A stretch of DNA of 64,000 bases from Bdellovibrionales bacterium (lineage in GTDB: Bacteria > Bdellovibrionota > Bdellovibrionia > Bdellovibrionales > UBA1609), in assembly GCA_965261545.1 (NCBI GenBank), contig CBDHDF010000007.1, positions 480,001 through 544,000 of the forward strand, given 5' to 3'. This document shows, piece after piece, positions 30,835-41,068 of the stretch. Below the pieces are notes generated by a model. The model was not told where the DNA came from, did no database searches, and saw nothing but the letters and a program-made list of their open reading frames with translations. Within the stretch, counting starts at the first letter, position 1. Every line of letters starts with the position of its first letter. Both the position numbers and the translations under genes were made by a program.

Positions 30835-32910
30835 ATGATGTGGCACTTTGACTCTTTCCTATCACTTGATGACCCCCCCCTTTTTTCTCTCTTAAACTCT
30901 ATCTTAAATGAATGGAAGCGACTTGCCAACTCCCAAGGGCAAATGGCCATTTTTGTCGCCTTGATCTTTCAAGTTCTCTTTGTCTTTTTCGCCATGGCTA
31001 TCAATGTCGCTCTTGTGGTCCACGATAAAATCAATCTCCAAAATGCCACAGACCTTGCCGCCTACTACGGGGCCCAAAAGCAAGCTGAAATGCTCAATAT
31101 CATGGCTCACAAAAACTACCAAATTCGTCAATCTTGGAAACTTCTCACATGGAGATATCGGGTTTTAGGGGGCTTGGGCTTGCAACGGCCCCCTCACCCT
31201 GCCACTGTGGGTGGCCCCCTTGAAGATCAGGCAAGCTTTGGGCACCCCCCCTCCATTTGTATCACCTACAAACCCTGGGCGGAAGTCCAAGGGCAAGATA
31301 ACTTATGCAAAGAACCTGAGACGGTGATTCCCCCTCTGCCCAGAGTTCCCATTATCGCTGGCTTCAATGGCATCAATGCACAAATTCACGCCTTTGCCAC
31401 AGCCCTGAGACGTCGTGTGAGCCAAAACTGTGACAGTCATGGAGCCTTTAATTACTGGTTTGCAGCCACCATATTAAAGGCCTTCCGAGAAGATCAAAAA
31501 AACCGCAAAGATATTATGTATGCCTTGGCCGACAACCTATCTCAAAAGAACTTTAGGGATTTGAACGGACACCCCGTGGTGACGGGAGTTCAGTCCACAT
31601 TTCTCAAAAATCTCACCTACGGAAACAGTGAGGGGCAGCCCCATTTGGAATTTTTCAACTCACTTGAGGGGCGAGCCAGAAAGGAGTGGCTCTCCGAAAT
31701 TCGCATCAGCCCCACACTCCTTTACATCGACAATGCGCCGGGGGAGGGCTGTCGTGGTCACCACCAATCCGTGGTTTATCTTCCTCAAAGACCAGGATCC
31801 CTGAGCCTTTTGGACTTACAACTCGATCCCCCTCCCCACCACCTTAGACAGTTTGCCATGGATAGCACCACCTTTGGTCCCGATAATAACTATGCCTACT
31901 CCCTAGGGGTGGAAAAAAACCCTTGGATTTGGGCCTATGTAGGAATCAAAGCTGAGACAACACCTCGCCCCCTGTTTTTTCCCATAGGGCCCCATGTGCG
32001 CATGGTGGCGCGCTCCTTTGCTAAACCCTTTGGGGGTCGCATGGGCCCATGGTTTCAAGAAAATTGGCCAGAAGGGGCTTCTCAATCCCAAGGCGAGCGA
32101 ACCGACCCCCTCCTCCCACCTCGCAATAATACGGATGGCAGTGTTCCCAATCCCGAAGATAGAACTCGCCTCCCCAATTATTCTAGATTTCCAGGAGACC
32201 TGCTGGGCTTGCAGTCCAGTCTCGCTCTGGCGGGATTGCAAGGAATGAATAGATCCAATCTGGGGGGGCTCAGGTTGAGCTATGGGGCCTATGGTCCTAT
32301 TGCCGAAAACTTTGAACATGCAGCCTCCAATGATATTCTCCCCTGGGACTCCCAAAGCAACCAAGCCCCTCCCATTCGCAGGTATGAACTGGCGGCCATA
32401 GCTCCCGACCTTTTCGACATCACCTACTACTCCATTGAACCCAACTTCAACAGCAACTACCTTCCCAAGCTACGTGCCAACCGAGGCCCCTTGAGAATTC
32501 CCACCTCCATCACTATAAGAGGAGACCTAGGCACAAGAAAGCCTGAAAACACAAACTCTGTGAGTGTTCAATCCCAAATTCTCAGTGGTGTGGGCCTTCA
32601 AAGACCAGAGGCCTTTTACTTTGTGAGAGATAAGACCCATTTACTCACCTCATGGCTCCCCAACAAAGAAGACTATCGATACGATGCCTTTAGCCAGGGT
32701 CAACCTGTCACCGACTTTGGGAGGTGCCGACAGCCCGATGATACTCTTAATCTCAAAGTTCCTGGCTCCTGTGTGGCCGGGGGAGGACGCACAGGTTACT
32801 CCGTCAAGTTTATCTCCAGGGATGCCCTTCTCAACGGAAGATTTCCCATCGGCGGACCCAATATTGTAGGCCCCATTGCCAACCCTCCTCCCGAAGATGA
32901 AGGCTGGTAA
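30835..32910 (+). CDS. Tad/Flp pilus TadG-like protein
   Basis: GQMAIF hydrophobic helix followed by KINLQNATDLAAYYGA (Tad N-terminal motif). Confidence 0.75.
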   Translation: MMWHFDSFLSLDDPPLFSLLNSILNEWKRLANSQGQMAIFVALIFQVLFVFFAMAINVALVVHDKINLQNATDLAAYYGAQKQAEMLNIMAHKNYQIRQSWKLLTWRYRVLGGLGLQRPPHPATVGGPLEDQASFGHPPSICITYKPWAEVQGQDNLCKEPETVIPPLPRVPIIAGFNGINAQIHAFATALRRRVSQNCDSHGAFNYWFAATILKAFREDQKNRKDIMYALADNLSQKNFRDLNGHPVVTGVQSTFLKNLTYGNSEGQPHLEFFNSLEGRARKEWLSEIRISPTLLYIDNAPGEGCRGHHQSVVYLPQRPGSLSLLDLQLDPPPHHLRQFAMDSTTFGPDNNYAYSLGVEKNPWIWAYVGIKAETTPRPLFFPIGPHVRMVARSFAKPFGGRMGPWFQENWPEGASQSQGERTDPLLPPRNNTDGSVPNPEDRTRLPNYSRFPGDLLGLQSSLALAGLQGMNRSNLGGLRLSYGAYGPIAENFEHAASNDILPWDSQSNQAPPIRRYELAAIAPDLFDITYYSIEPNFNSNYLPKLRANRGPLRIPTSITIRGDLGTRKPENTNSVSVQSQILSGVGLQRPEAFYFVRDKTHLLTSWLPNKEDYRYDAFSQGQPVTDFGRCRQPDDTLNLKVPGSCVAGGGRTGYSVKFISRDALLNGRFPIGGPNIVGPIANPPPEDEGW

Positions 32911-33156
32911 GCCCAGGCCTTGATTTCAAAATAATGTGTCGCGTCATCTTCTCCTGTTATCCGACCACCAGCGTATAAGGTTTGACTTTTGTTTTCTTTT
33001 TCGAGATAAATAAGCCATGAATTTTTATGACTTTTGGACTTTCATGTGGGCCCTTATAAAATTAACCTTCATAAAATCAAGAAACACAAAACCAAAATCT
33101 TTCTCTCCTATCACCTGTTCTTCACTCAAACAACTCCATCCTAATTATTTGCCTCC

Positions 33157-35103
33157 ATGTCCTGCGTAAAAATTCATCTTCCAGACAACTCCATCAAAGA
33201 ATTTGACCATGAACCCACTGTTTTAGAAGTGGCCAAGAGCCTTGGTCCACGACTGGCCCGTGACACCGTGGCCGGCCAACTCAACGGCACCCCTCAAGTG
33301 GTAGACCTGCGCACTCTCCTTCCCCATAATACGAAACTACGCATTGTCACCCATCGTGACCCCGAAGGTTTGGAAGTCATTCGCCATAGTGCCGCCCATA
33401 TTATGGCCGAAGCCGTTCAAGAGCTGTGGCCCAATATCAAAGTGACCCTGGGTCCCATCATTGAAAATGGCTTTTTCTACGACTTTGATTCCCCACAGCC
33501 CTTCACACCCGAAGACTTGGCAAAAATAGAAAAGAAAATGGCTGAAATTATTCAACGGGGAGAATTGATTCAAAGAAAGTTTTGGCCCACCGAGAAGGCC
33601 CTGTCTATCTTTGGCGAAATGGAAGAAAACTTTAAAGTAGAAATTATCAAAGACCTGGGCGTCTCAGAGGTGAGTGTTTACACCCAAGGCAAGTGGATGG
33701 ATCTATGTCGTGGCCCCCATTTACAAAAGACCAACCAAGTGACAGCCTTTAAGGTGCTGAGCACTGCGGGGGCCTACTGGCGAGGCGATGAAACCAAACC
33801 CATGCTTCAGAGAATCTACGCCACCGCCTTTCACGACAAAAAAGCTCTCAAGCAACATCTCCACAACTTGGAAGAGGCAAAGAAGCGTGACCACCGGAGG
33901 GTGGGCCGTGATCTCGGACTTTTTTACTTTCACCCCTCAGCTCCTGGCGCGCCTTTTTTTACGGGAAAGGGTACAGTGATCTACAATGAACTCCAAAATT
34001 TTATCCGTGAAAAGTACCAGGAATACGACTACCAGGAGGTCATCACACCCCAGGTCTTTGATGTGGATATCTACCATAAGTCGGGACATTACGAAAATTA
34101 CCGGGAAAACATGTATTTTACAGAGATTCATCAAAGAAATTTCTCTATCAAGCCGATGAATTGTCCAGGCCATTGTCTTCTCTACTCGGCAGATCAAAAA
34201 TCCTACCGAGACCTCCCTTGGAGGGTCGCTGATTTTGGACGACTTCACCGAAATGAAAGAACGGGGGTTCTCCACGGTTTGACGAGAGTGACTTCCTTTT
34301 CCCAGGATGACGCCCATGTGTTTTGCACCCTGGGCCAACTGTCATCGGAGATACCTTCTTTTATGAAGTTTTTAAATGAAGTTTATACCCAATTGGGAAT
34401 GGATGATTATAAAATCTTTTTTTCCACCCGTCCCGAAAAACGCATGGGTGATGACAAAATTTGGGATCAATCTGAGGAAATTTTGGAGTCGGCCTTGAAA
34501 GCTTCAGGGGTGGAGTACCAAATCAATGCCGGCGACGGAGCTTTTTATGGTCCCAAGCTCGATATTATGTTTGTGGATGCCTTGAAAAGGTCCTGGCAAC
34601 TGGGGACCCTACAATGTGATTTTAACATGCCCCAAGCCTTTGACCTTAAATACATAGGGGAGGACAATACCTCTCACCATCCTGTGATGTTGCACAGAGC
34701 TGTTTTAGGAAGCTTAGAGAGATTTATAGGAGTTTACTTAGAGCACAGAGCGGGGCAACTGCCCCTATGGCTAAGCCCCACCCAAGTGGTTCTCATGAGC
34801 TTGACGGACCACCAGTTGGAGGGCTGTCGATCTTTTGAGGAAAATCTCAAGGCCAAGGGGATTCGCGTTTTTCTTGATGGGAGAGCAGAGAAACTAGGTT
34901 GGAAAGTTCGGGAAGCTCAGCTTCAAAAAATTCCCTATATGTTGACATTCGGCCCTCGAGAAGTAGAAACAAACACTCTATCTGTGCGCCTCTTGGATGG
35001 AACCACCAAACAGGGCCTTTGCAAAGAGGAGTTTGTTAAAAACCTTGTTCATGAAATAAACACTCGTCAACAACAGGTGAATGGCTGGATGATGAGGTCA
35101 TGA
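33157..35103 (+). CDS. thrS: Threonine--tRNA ligase
   Basis: RHSAAH, DLCRGPH, KPMNCPGH, GAFYGPK, HRAVLGSLERF. Confidence 0.98.
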   Translation: MSCVKIHLPDNSIKEFDHEPTVLEVAKSLGPRLARDTVAGQLNGTPQVVDLRTLLPHNTKLRIVTHRDPEGLEVIRHSAAHIMAEAVQELWPNIKVTLGPIIENGFFYDFDSPQPFTPEDLAKIEKKMAEIIQRGELIQRKFWPTEKALSIFGEMEENFKVEIIKDLGVSEVSVYTQGKWMDLCRGPHLQKTNQVTAFKVLSTAGAYWRGDETKPMLQRIYATAFHDKKALKQHLHNLEEAKKRDHRRVGRDLGLFYFHPSAPGAPFFTGKGTVIYNELQNFIREKYQEYDYQEVITPQVFDVDIYHKSGHYENYRENMYFTEIHQRNFSIKPMNCPGHCLLYSADQKSYRDLPWRVADFGRLHRNERTGVLHGLTRVTSFSQDDAHVFCTLGQLSSEIPSFMKFLNEVYTQLGMDDYKIFFSTRPEKRMGDDKIWDQSEEILESALKASGVEYQINAGDGAFYGPKLDIMFVDALKRSWQLGTLQCDFNMPQAFDLKYIGEDNTSHHPVMLHRAVLGSLERFIGVYLEHRAGQLPLWLSPTQVVLMSLTDHQLEGCRSFEENLKAKGIRVFLDGRAEKLGWKVREAQLQKIPYMLTFGPREVETNTLSVRLLDGTTKQGLCKEEFVKNLVHEINTRQQQVNGWMMRS

Positions 35104-35168
35104 AAAAATAATGAAAAAAAATAACATAGAAAACATAAAAAGAAAAATTTCAAAACGAGGAGGAGTTT

Positions 35169-35960
35169 ATTAGAAGTCCAAAAAAAGGGCGTGGCAAGCC
35201 TATAAACAGAGGTGAAAAATATCGTATGAACCATGATGTGCATGCTCCAGAGGTTCGCCTTATTGATGAGCAAGGAGCCATGATGGGAGTGATGTCAAGC
35301 CACCAGGCCCTGAAAATAGCTGAAGATCGTAACCTCGACCTTATTGAGGTGGCCCCCAAAGCCACTCCCCCCACCTGCAAAATCATGGATTATGGCAAGT
35401 GGAAATACGAAAATAAGAAAAAAGAAAAGATCTCCAAGAAAAAACAAACAGTCATCGCCATTAAGGAAATCCAAGTTCGCCCAAGAACAGAGGATCACGA
35501 TCTTAACACCAAGTTAAAACACGCCCGCCGGTTCTTGGAAGAGGGCAGCAAAGTCAAAATTAACCTACGATTTTCAGGGCGTGAAATGGCCCACCAAGAA
35601 CTAGGCTTTAACTTGTTAAATAAAATCACCAAAATACTCGCTCGCTTGTCCACTGTGGAAACTCCTCCCAAGAGGGAAGGGCGCCAAATCTTTGTTCTTC
35701 TTGCACCTGATCCTGCCAAAATGAAAGAGCTTCAAAAGATGGAAAACAGCTTAATAGAGGACAGTTTAGAGGAAAATCATAATGCCCTTACTGAACATGA
35801 CAAACTCAATCAGGGAGCCCATGACAAATCAACTCAAAAAAGTGAAAAAACTTCTCCATCCGTAGGAGAAAAATCTCCATCTGTAGGAAAGGACACCATA
35901 GCCGATGCCCTCAAAGAGGCAACAACCTTAGTCTCTGCACCACCGAATGAGTCGAGATAA
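35169..35960 (+). CDS. infC: Translation initiation factor IF-3 (ATT start) with C-terminal extension
   Basis: EVRLID, LDLIEVAP, CKIMDYGK, FSGRE; in-frame ATT at 35169 after GAGGAGGAG. Confidence 0.93.
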   Translation: MRSPKKGRGKPINRGEKYRMNHDVHAPEVRLIDEQGAMMGVMSSHQALKIAEDRNLDLIEVAPKATPPTCKIMDYGKWKYENKKKEKISKKKQTVIAIKEIQVRPRTEDHDLNTKLKHARRFLEEGSKVKINLRFSGREMAHQELGFNLLNKITKILARLSTVETPPKREGRQIFVLLAPDPAKMKELQKMENSLIEDSLEENHNALTEHDKLNQGAHDKSTQKSEKTSPSVGEKSPSVGKDTIADALKEATTLVSAPPNESR

Positions 35961-35993
35961 CTGGAACTCCAAAAGCCATAGTCGCCGAGGTAA

Positions 35994-36974
35994 ATGATGT
36001 GGAGTGCTGTTTTTCCAGGTCAAGGAAGTCAATTTGTGGGAATGGGGAAATTTTTTTTCGATAACTTTTCGTCAACGCGAGAGAAATTTGAAGAAGCCAG
36101 TGACACTTTAAGCTTGGATTTCAAAAAATTATGTTTCACAGGACCCGAAAAAGAACTCATTCTCACCTCTCAAGCCCAGCCGGCCCTGTTGCTAACTTCC
36201 GTGGCGGCCCACGAAGTGATCCAAGAAACAACAGCTATTTCCTTTCACTCCGCCGCTGGCCACTCCGTGGGAGAATATGCAGCCCTTGTCACTGGTGGAA
36301 GCCTCCAATTTCACCAAGCCCTTCAAGCCGTGAGAAAGCGAGGAGAGTTTATGCAATCGGCAGTTCCTCCAGGAAAGGGGGGCATGCTCGCTATACTGGG
36401 CCTTGAAGCCTCCCAAGTGAACGAACTCTGCCAATGGGCTGAAAAAGAGTCGGGCCTCTCCCCCCTAGAACCCGCCAATTTCAACTCTCCCACCCAAGTC
36501 GTCGTCAGTGGAACCACCCCTCTTGTGAAGTGGGTTCAAGAAAATGCATCACGCTTCTTAAGTCAACTCAACAAATCTACCAAACGAGTCAAATTCATCC
36601 CCCTCAAGGTCTCAGCCCCCTTTCACTGCTCCATGATGGAGCCTGCTGAAAAGAAAATGGCCCTTGTCCTAGAGAAAATGGAGTTTAAAAAGCCCCTCTA
36701 TCCCATTATTCAAAATCACACAGCCACTCCAACAACAGACCCCTCTCAACTGCGCACTCACCTCATTGCCCAAATTTCAGCTCCAGTTTTATGGGTCGAT
36801 TGCGTTAAAAAAATAAAAGAAACAGGAACGAAAAACTGCCTCGAACTCGGCCCAGGCAAAACCCTGGGGGGACTTATAAAAGCCATTGACAAGGAAAACA
36901 TAAAGACATTCCATATATCCTCTCTAAAAGACTTAAAAACTATTGAAGGACAAGTGAAGAAGGACAAGCCATGA
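35994..36974 (+). CDS. fabD: Malonyl-CoA:ACP transacylase
   Basis: FPGQGSQ, GHSVGEY, VSAPFHC. Confidence 0.96.
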   Translation: MMWSAVFPGQGSQFVGMGKFFFDNFSSTREKFEEASDTLSLDFKKLCFTGPEKELILTSQAQPALLLTSVAAHEVIQETTAISFHSAAGHSVGEYAALVTGGSLQFHQALQAVRKRGEFMQSAVPPGKGGMLAILGLEASQVNELCQWAEKESGLSPLEPANFNSPTQVVVSGTTPLVKWVQENASRFLSQLNKSTKRVKFIPLKVSAPFHCSMMEPAEKKMALVLEKMEFKKPLYPIIQNHTATPTTDPSQLRTHLIAQISAPVLWVDCVKKIKETGTKNCLELGPGKTLGGLIKAIDKENIKTFHISSLKDLKTIEGQVKKDKP

Positions 36975-37726
36975 ATTTAAAGGGTAAAAATGTTTTAATC
37001 ACCGGAGGAAGCCGAGGCATAGGGGCTGGCATTGTCACTTTTCTCGCTCAACAAGGGGCTCGCATTGCCTTCACCTACACCTCTCGCCTCGAAGCCGCTC
37101 AAAGTATTCTTCAAAGTCTGCCGAATCAATGTCAGAGCCAAGGCCAAAACCATGCCCTTTTTCAAATGGATATTTCCAATGAAAGTTCCGTTTGTGAAAC
37201 CGTCGCTAAGATTCTCGCCGAATTTAGCCCCCTCCACGGTCTTGTCAACAATGCGGGAATCACCAAAGACCAACTGCTCCTTAAAATGAAAACCGCTGAC
37301 TTTGACGAGGTCATTCAAACCAATCTGAGGGGAACTTACCTGTGCACCAAATCTGTGCTCAAATCTATGATAAAGGCTCGCCAAGGATCCATTATCAACC
37401 TCACCAGTGTCATTGGGCAAAAGGGAAACCTTGGCCAATCCAACTATGCCGCCAGCAAAGCGGGCATTGAAGGCTTTTCAAAATCCATCGCCCAAGAGGT
37501 CGGCCGCCGCCATATTCGAGTCAATTGCGTCGCCCCAGGATTTATTGAAACAGAGATGACCCACGAGTTGAGTGAAAACCACAGGACCGACATCCTCCAA
37601 TCTATCCCCCTCGGACGCATGGGCCAAGTCTCTGATATTTCCCAAGTGGTGGCCTTCTTACTCAGTGATGGAGCAACTTATATCACCGGCCAAACTATCT
37701 CTGTCAATGGTGGCCTATATATGTAA
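36971..37726 (+). CDS. fabG: 3-oxoacyl-ACP reductase
   Basis: TGGSRGIG, NNAGIT, YAASK. Confidence 0.96.
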   Translation: MNLKGKNVLITGGSRGIGAGIVTFLAQQGARIAFTYTSRLEAAQSILQSLPNQCQSQGQNHALFQMDISNESSVCETVAKILAEFSPLHGLVNNAGITKDQLLLKMKTADFDEVIQTNLRGTYLCTKSVLKSMIKARQGSIINLTSVIGQKGNLGQSNYAASKAGIEGFSKSIAQEVGRRHIRVNCVAPGFIETEMTHELSENHRTDILQSIPLGRMGQVSDISQVVAFLLSDGATYITGQTISVNGGLYM

Positions 37727-37981
37727 ATATTTGAAAGTAAATATTTGAAATTTAATATTATTGAGCGTAGGGTCATCAAATCCCTTGACAAACTAACTAA
37801 AAGCATAGAAAGAGGCTACGCAAGAAAGACAAGCAAGGCAAGAAAACAAAGAGACCTTGCCATTTAAAAAAGTTATGTAAGCAGTATGTATATATGTATA
37901 ATAGCAAATGGATGTAAAATTGGAATGTAACAGTTCAACACCCATCACCTAGGGTGAAGAACAAATGGGAGAAAATTCACA

Positions 37982-38275
37982 GTGTCTATTCAACCTAAAG
38001 TTAAAAAAATTATTGAAGAACAACTGGGAGTGGATTCAGAGCGCATTAAACCAGAAGCCTCCTTTATCGAAGACCTAGGAGCTGATAGCCTCGATATCGT
38101 AGAGTTGGTCATGGCTATGGAAGAAGAATTTGACCTTGAAATACCCGATGAAGATGCCGAAAACCTCAAAACTGTTCAAGATGTCTCCGACTATATCAAC
38201 ACCCATGCCCCCACAGACACGGAATCCCTTGATGAGGACGATGAAGAAGACGACGAAGACCTTGACGAACCCTAA
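37982..38275 (+). CDS. acpP: Acyl carrier protein with acidic tail
   Basis: [20 protein letters not shown]. Confidence 0.97.
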   Translation: MSIQPKVKKIIEEQLGVDSERIKPEASFIEDLGADSLDIVELVMAMEEEFDLEIPDEDAENLKTVQDVSDYINTHAPTDTESLDEDDEEDDEDLDEP

Positions 38276-38366
38276 CTTGTCACGATTGCAAAGCAACTTC
38301 ATACACATCACACTTATACACATATGATACACAGCATATTTACATGCGTCACATATTAGGAATAGG

Positions 38367-39638
38367 ATGATGCCTGAAAATACTTACACTCGCCAAGGCA
38401 AGACTCTCCGCCGGGTTGTGGTCACAGGAGTTTCGGCCATATCACCCCTCGCCTCAAACATAAAAGACACTTGGAGCAAGTTACTCAAAGGGAAATCTGG
38501 AATCCGAAATATTTCCTCTTTTGACTCCAGCCGCTTGAGTGTGCATATCGCTGGTGAAGCTCAAGATTTTCAACCCGATGACTACATTTCTAAAAAAGAA
38601 CAAAAGAAGATGGGGCGCTTTATCCACCTCTCCTTGGCATGCGCTCAAATGGCCCTCAAGGATTCAAACCTCGAAGTCAATGACTCCATAGCTTCACGTA
38701 TGGGCGTTCTTATAGGCAATGGCATCGGAGACCTGCCATTAATAGAAAAGCAAGTCCAATCTCTTATGGCCCATGGCCCTCGCCGGATCAGCCCCTTTTT
38801 CATCCCTTCGGTTCTTATCAATCTTGCAGCGGGGCAAGTGAGTATAGCCTTGGGCCTCAAAGGACCTAACTACTCTGTCACCTCCGCTTGTGCCTCGGGA
38901 AACCACTCCATTGGAGAAGCCTCTCGTTACATTGCCCACGGCCAATGTGATATTATGCTGGCCGGGTCATCAGAATCCACCGTAAGTGAGTTGGGCATTG
39001 GTGGTTTTGCCGCCATGAAGGCTCTTTCCCGACGCAATGACGAGCCCGAAAAGGCAAGCCGACCATGGGATCAAGATCGAGATGGATTCATTCTCAGCGA
39101 AGGAGCCGCCATTCTGGTTCTCGAAGATTTTGAGCATGCCTCTCGCCGTGGAGCCCCTATCTATGGGGAACTCACAGGCTATGGAGCCTCCTCTGATGCT
39201 TATCACTTGACAGCCCCCTCCCCCGAAGGAGAAGGCGCCGCCCTCGCCATGCACCGCTGCCTGGAGCAAGCAGGACTCAACCCCGAAGACATCGACTATA
39301 TCAATGCCCATGGCACGAGCACTCCCACAGGTGATGCCGTGGAAACCATGGCTATCAAAAAAATCTTTGGAGGCCACGCCAAAAAACTATGGATCAGCAG
39401 CACAAAAAGTATGACTGGCCATGCTCTAGGGGCGGCAGGAGCTATTGAGAGCGTTTTCAGTGTTATGAGCCTCAAACACAATGTCGTGCCTCCCACTATC
39501 AATCTGGACCAACCCAGTCCCTCCTGTAACCTCGACTATGTTCCCCATGTGGCCCGAGAAGGAAAGCTCCAGCATGTACTCAACAATAGCTTTGGCTTCG
39601 GGGGGACCAACGCATGCTTAATTTTCTCAAAGATTTAG
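38367..39638 (+). CDS. fabF: 3-oxoacyl-ACP synthase II
   Basis: SACASG, NAHGTST, TKSMTGH, NSFGFGG. Confidence 0.97.
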   Translation: MMPENTYTRQGKTLRRVVVTGVSAISPLASNIKDTWSKLLKGKSGIRNISSFDSSRLSVHIAGEAQDFQPDDYISKKEQKKMGRFIHLSLACAQMALKDSNLEVNDSIASRMGVLIGNGIGDLPLIEKQVQSLMAHGPRRISPFFIPSVLINLAAGQVSIALGLKGPNYSVTSACASGNHSIGEASRYIAHGQCDIMLAGSSESTVSELGIGGFAAMKALSRRNDEPEKASRPWDQDRDGFILSEGAAILVLEDFEHASRRGAPIYGELTGYGASSDAYHLTAPSPEGEGAALAMHRCLEQAGLNPEDIDYINAHGTSTPTGDAVETMAIKKIFGGHAKKLWISSTKSMTGHALGAAGAIESVFSVMSLKHNVVPPTINLDQPSPSCNLDYVPHVAREGKLQHVLNNSFGFGGTNACLIFSKI

Positions 39639-39641
39639 CCC

Positions 39642-40124
39642 ATGAAAGCTTTAGCACCGATGAAACTTTTTATCGCCAGTGACCACGGAGGCTTTTCCCT
39701 CAAAACTCACCTTCAAAAGGGCTTTCCCCTTGTGGAATGGATGGACCTAGGATGTGACTCTCAAGACTCTGTGGACTACCCCTACTATGCAGACAAACTT
39801 GTGTCACACATCCAAGAACAAGACAAAAAAGAAAAAAGCTCTCTCACTTCACTCCAAGTCCCCCAGGGAGTGCTTATCTGTGGGTCAGGGCAAGGCATGG
39901 CCATGCGAGCTAATAAACACCACCACATACGAGCTGCTCTTTGCTGGAATGAAATCTCGGCCTCTCTAGCACGCCAACACAACAACGCCAATATCCTATG
40001 TCTCGGAGGCCGCATCTTGTTCCCACCCCTCAGTGAGAAAATATTGAAAATATTTTTAGATACTCCCTTTGAAGGGGGCCGACACCAAAGAAGAATCAAC
40101 CAAGTGAAAGCACCCACCTCTTGA
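39642..40124 (+). CDS. rpiB: Ribose-5-phosphate isomerase B
   Basis: SDHGG, VDYP, ICGSGQG, HNNANIL, FEGGRH. Confidence 0.93.
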   Translation: MKALAPMKLFIASDHGGFSLKTHLQKGFPLVEWMDLGCDSQDSVDYPYYADKLVSHIQEQDKKEKSSLTSLQVPQGVLICGSGQGMAMRANKHHHIRAALCWNEISASLARQHNNANILCLGGRILFPPLSEKILKIFLDTPFEGGRHQRRINQVKAPTS

Positions 40125-40193
40125 CAAAACTAAAGCCCTCAACGGCCTCACAAGTCCCATTTCCTTAACAAGTGGGGTTGATTGAATCTTTAC

Positions 40194-40991
40194 TTATTTT
40201 TGATGAATGGTGTGCTGCTCCCAACGAATTTGGATGGGCATGGATTTAAGCCTATTGACCACAATAGAGGCTTTGACCGGAGAAACCTTCAGTAACTCCA
40301 ACTCTCCATTGCGAACACCACCCATAATTTCACCAATATCCCACATAAACTGTGGATCGAGCAAGCTCTCTCGAATGGCTTCCAAAATATCTCCACTGTC
40401 GATACCACCAATGTAGATATTAAACCACATCACACCTTCGAGTCCCACTGAAACTTCAGAGTTGCCATACTCATTGATATCTAAGAAACCTTCCGAAGCT
40501 TCCTGAACAGGTGGCTCTGCCACCAAAGGCTCTGCCACTCCCTCCCTGTTTTCGCCTCCATGACCATCACCTCGCTCACTCCCATGAAATTCCTGTTCAA
40601 GGTGTTCATCCTCAGAGTTTTCACGCCCTAGGCTCTCACAATCAAGATTCTCATCCTCCTCAAGGTTCTCATTCTCAGGGCTCTCACTCTCAAGGTATTC
40701 ATGCTCAAGGCTCTCGCATTCAGAATTCTGTTCATACTCAAGGTCATCCTCTATAGAATCATAACCCATGGGCATAGCTGCAGTGATTTCTTCCCTAAGA
40801 ACCTCCTCAAGATTTTGCTGAGGGCCTCCTTCTTTAAAGCTTTCTTCTTTAAAGCTTTCTTCTTGAAGACTCTCTTTATGGGCTCGCAGGGAACCATCAA
40901 GTTCCACAAACAATGTGGCCCCACAGCCTTGGCATGTCGTCAAACCAAAGTCTTCTTCAATAATAGATTGACAATTGGGACAGTTAGATAT
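40194..40991 (-). CDS. Zinc-ribbon protein with acidic linker (probable ATA start)
   Basis: Frame extends upstream of the TTG at 40943 to give CPNC...CQGC; GGGGAG RBS before ATA at 40991. Confidence 0.7.
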   Translation of the reverse strand: MSNCPNCQSIIEEDFGLTTCQGCGATLFVELDGSLRAHKESLQEESFKEESFKEGGPQQNLEEVLREEITAAMPMGYDSIEDDLEYEQNSECESLEHEYLESESPENENLEEDENLDCESLGRENSEDEHLEQEFHGSERGDGHGGENREGVAEPLVAEPPVQEASEGFLDINEYGNSEVSVGLEGVMWFNIYIGGIDSGDILEAIRESLLDPQFMWDIGEIMGGVRNGELELLKVSPVKASIVVNRLKSMPIQIRWEQHTIHQK

Positions 40992-41068
40992 GTGGTCTCC
41001 CCGTAGACTCCGTAGTGTGACTGAGCCTCCTTGAATCTCCCTAGATCTCTATACTATATGAGGAGACC

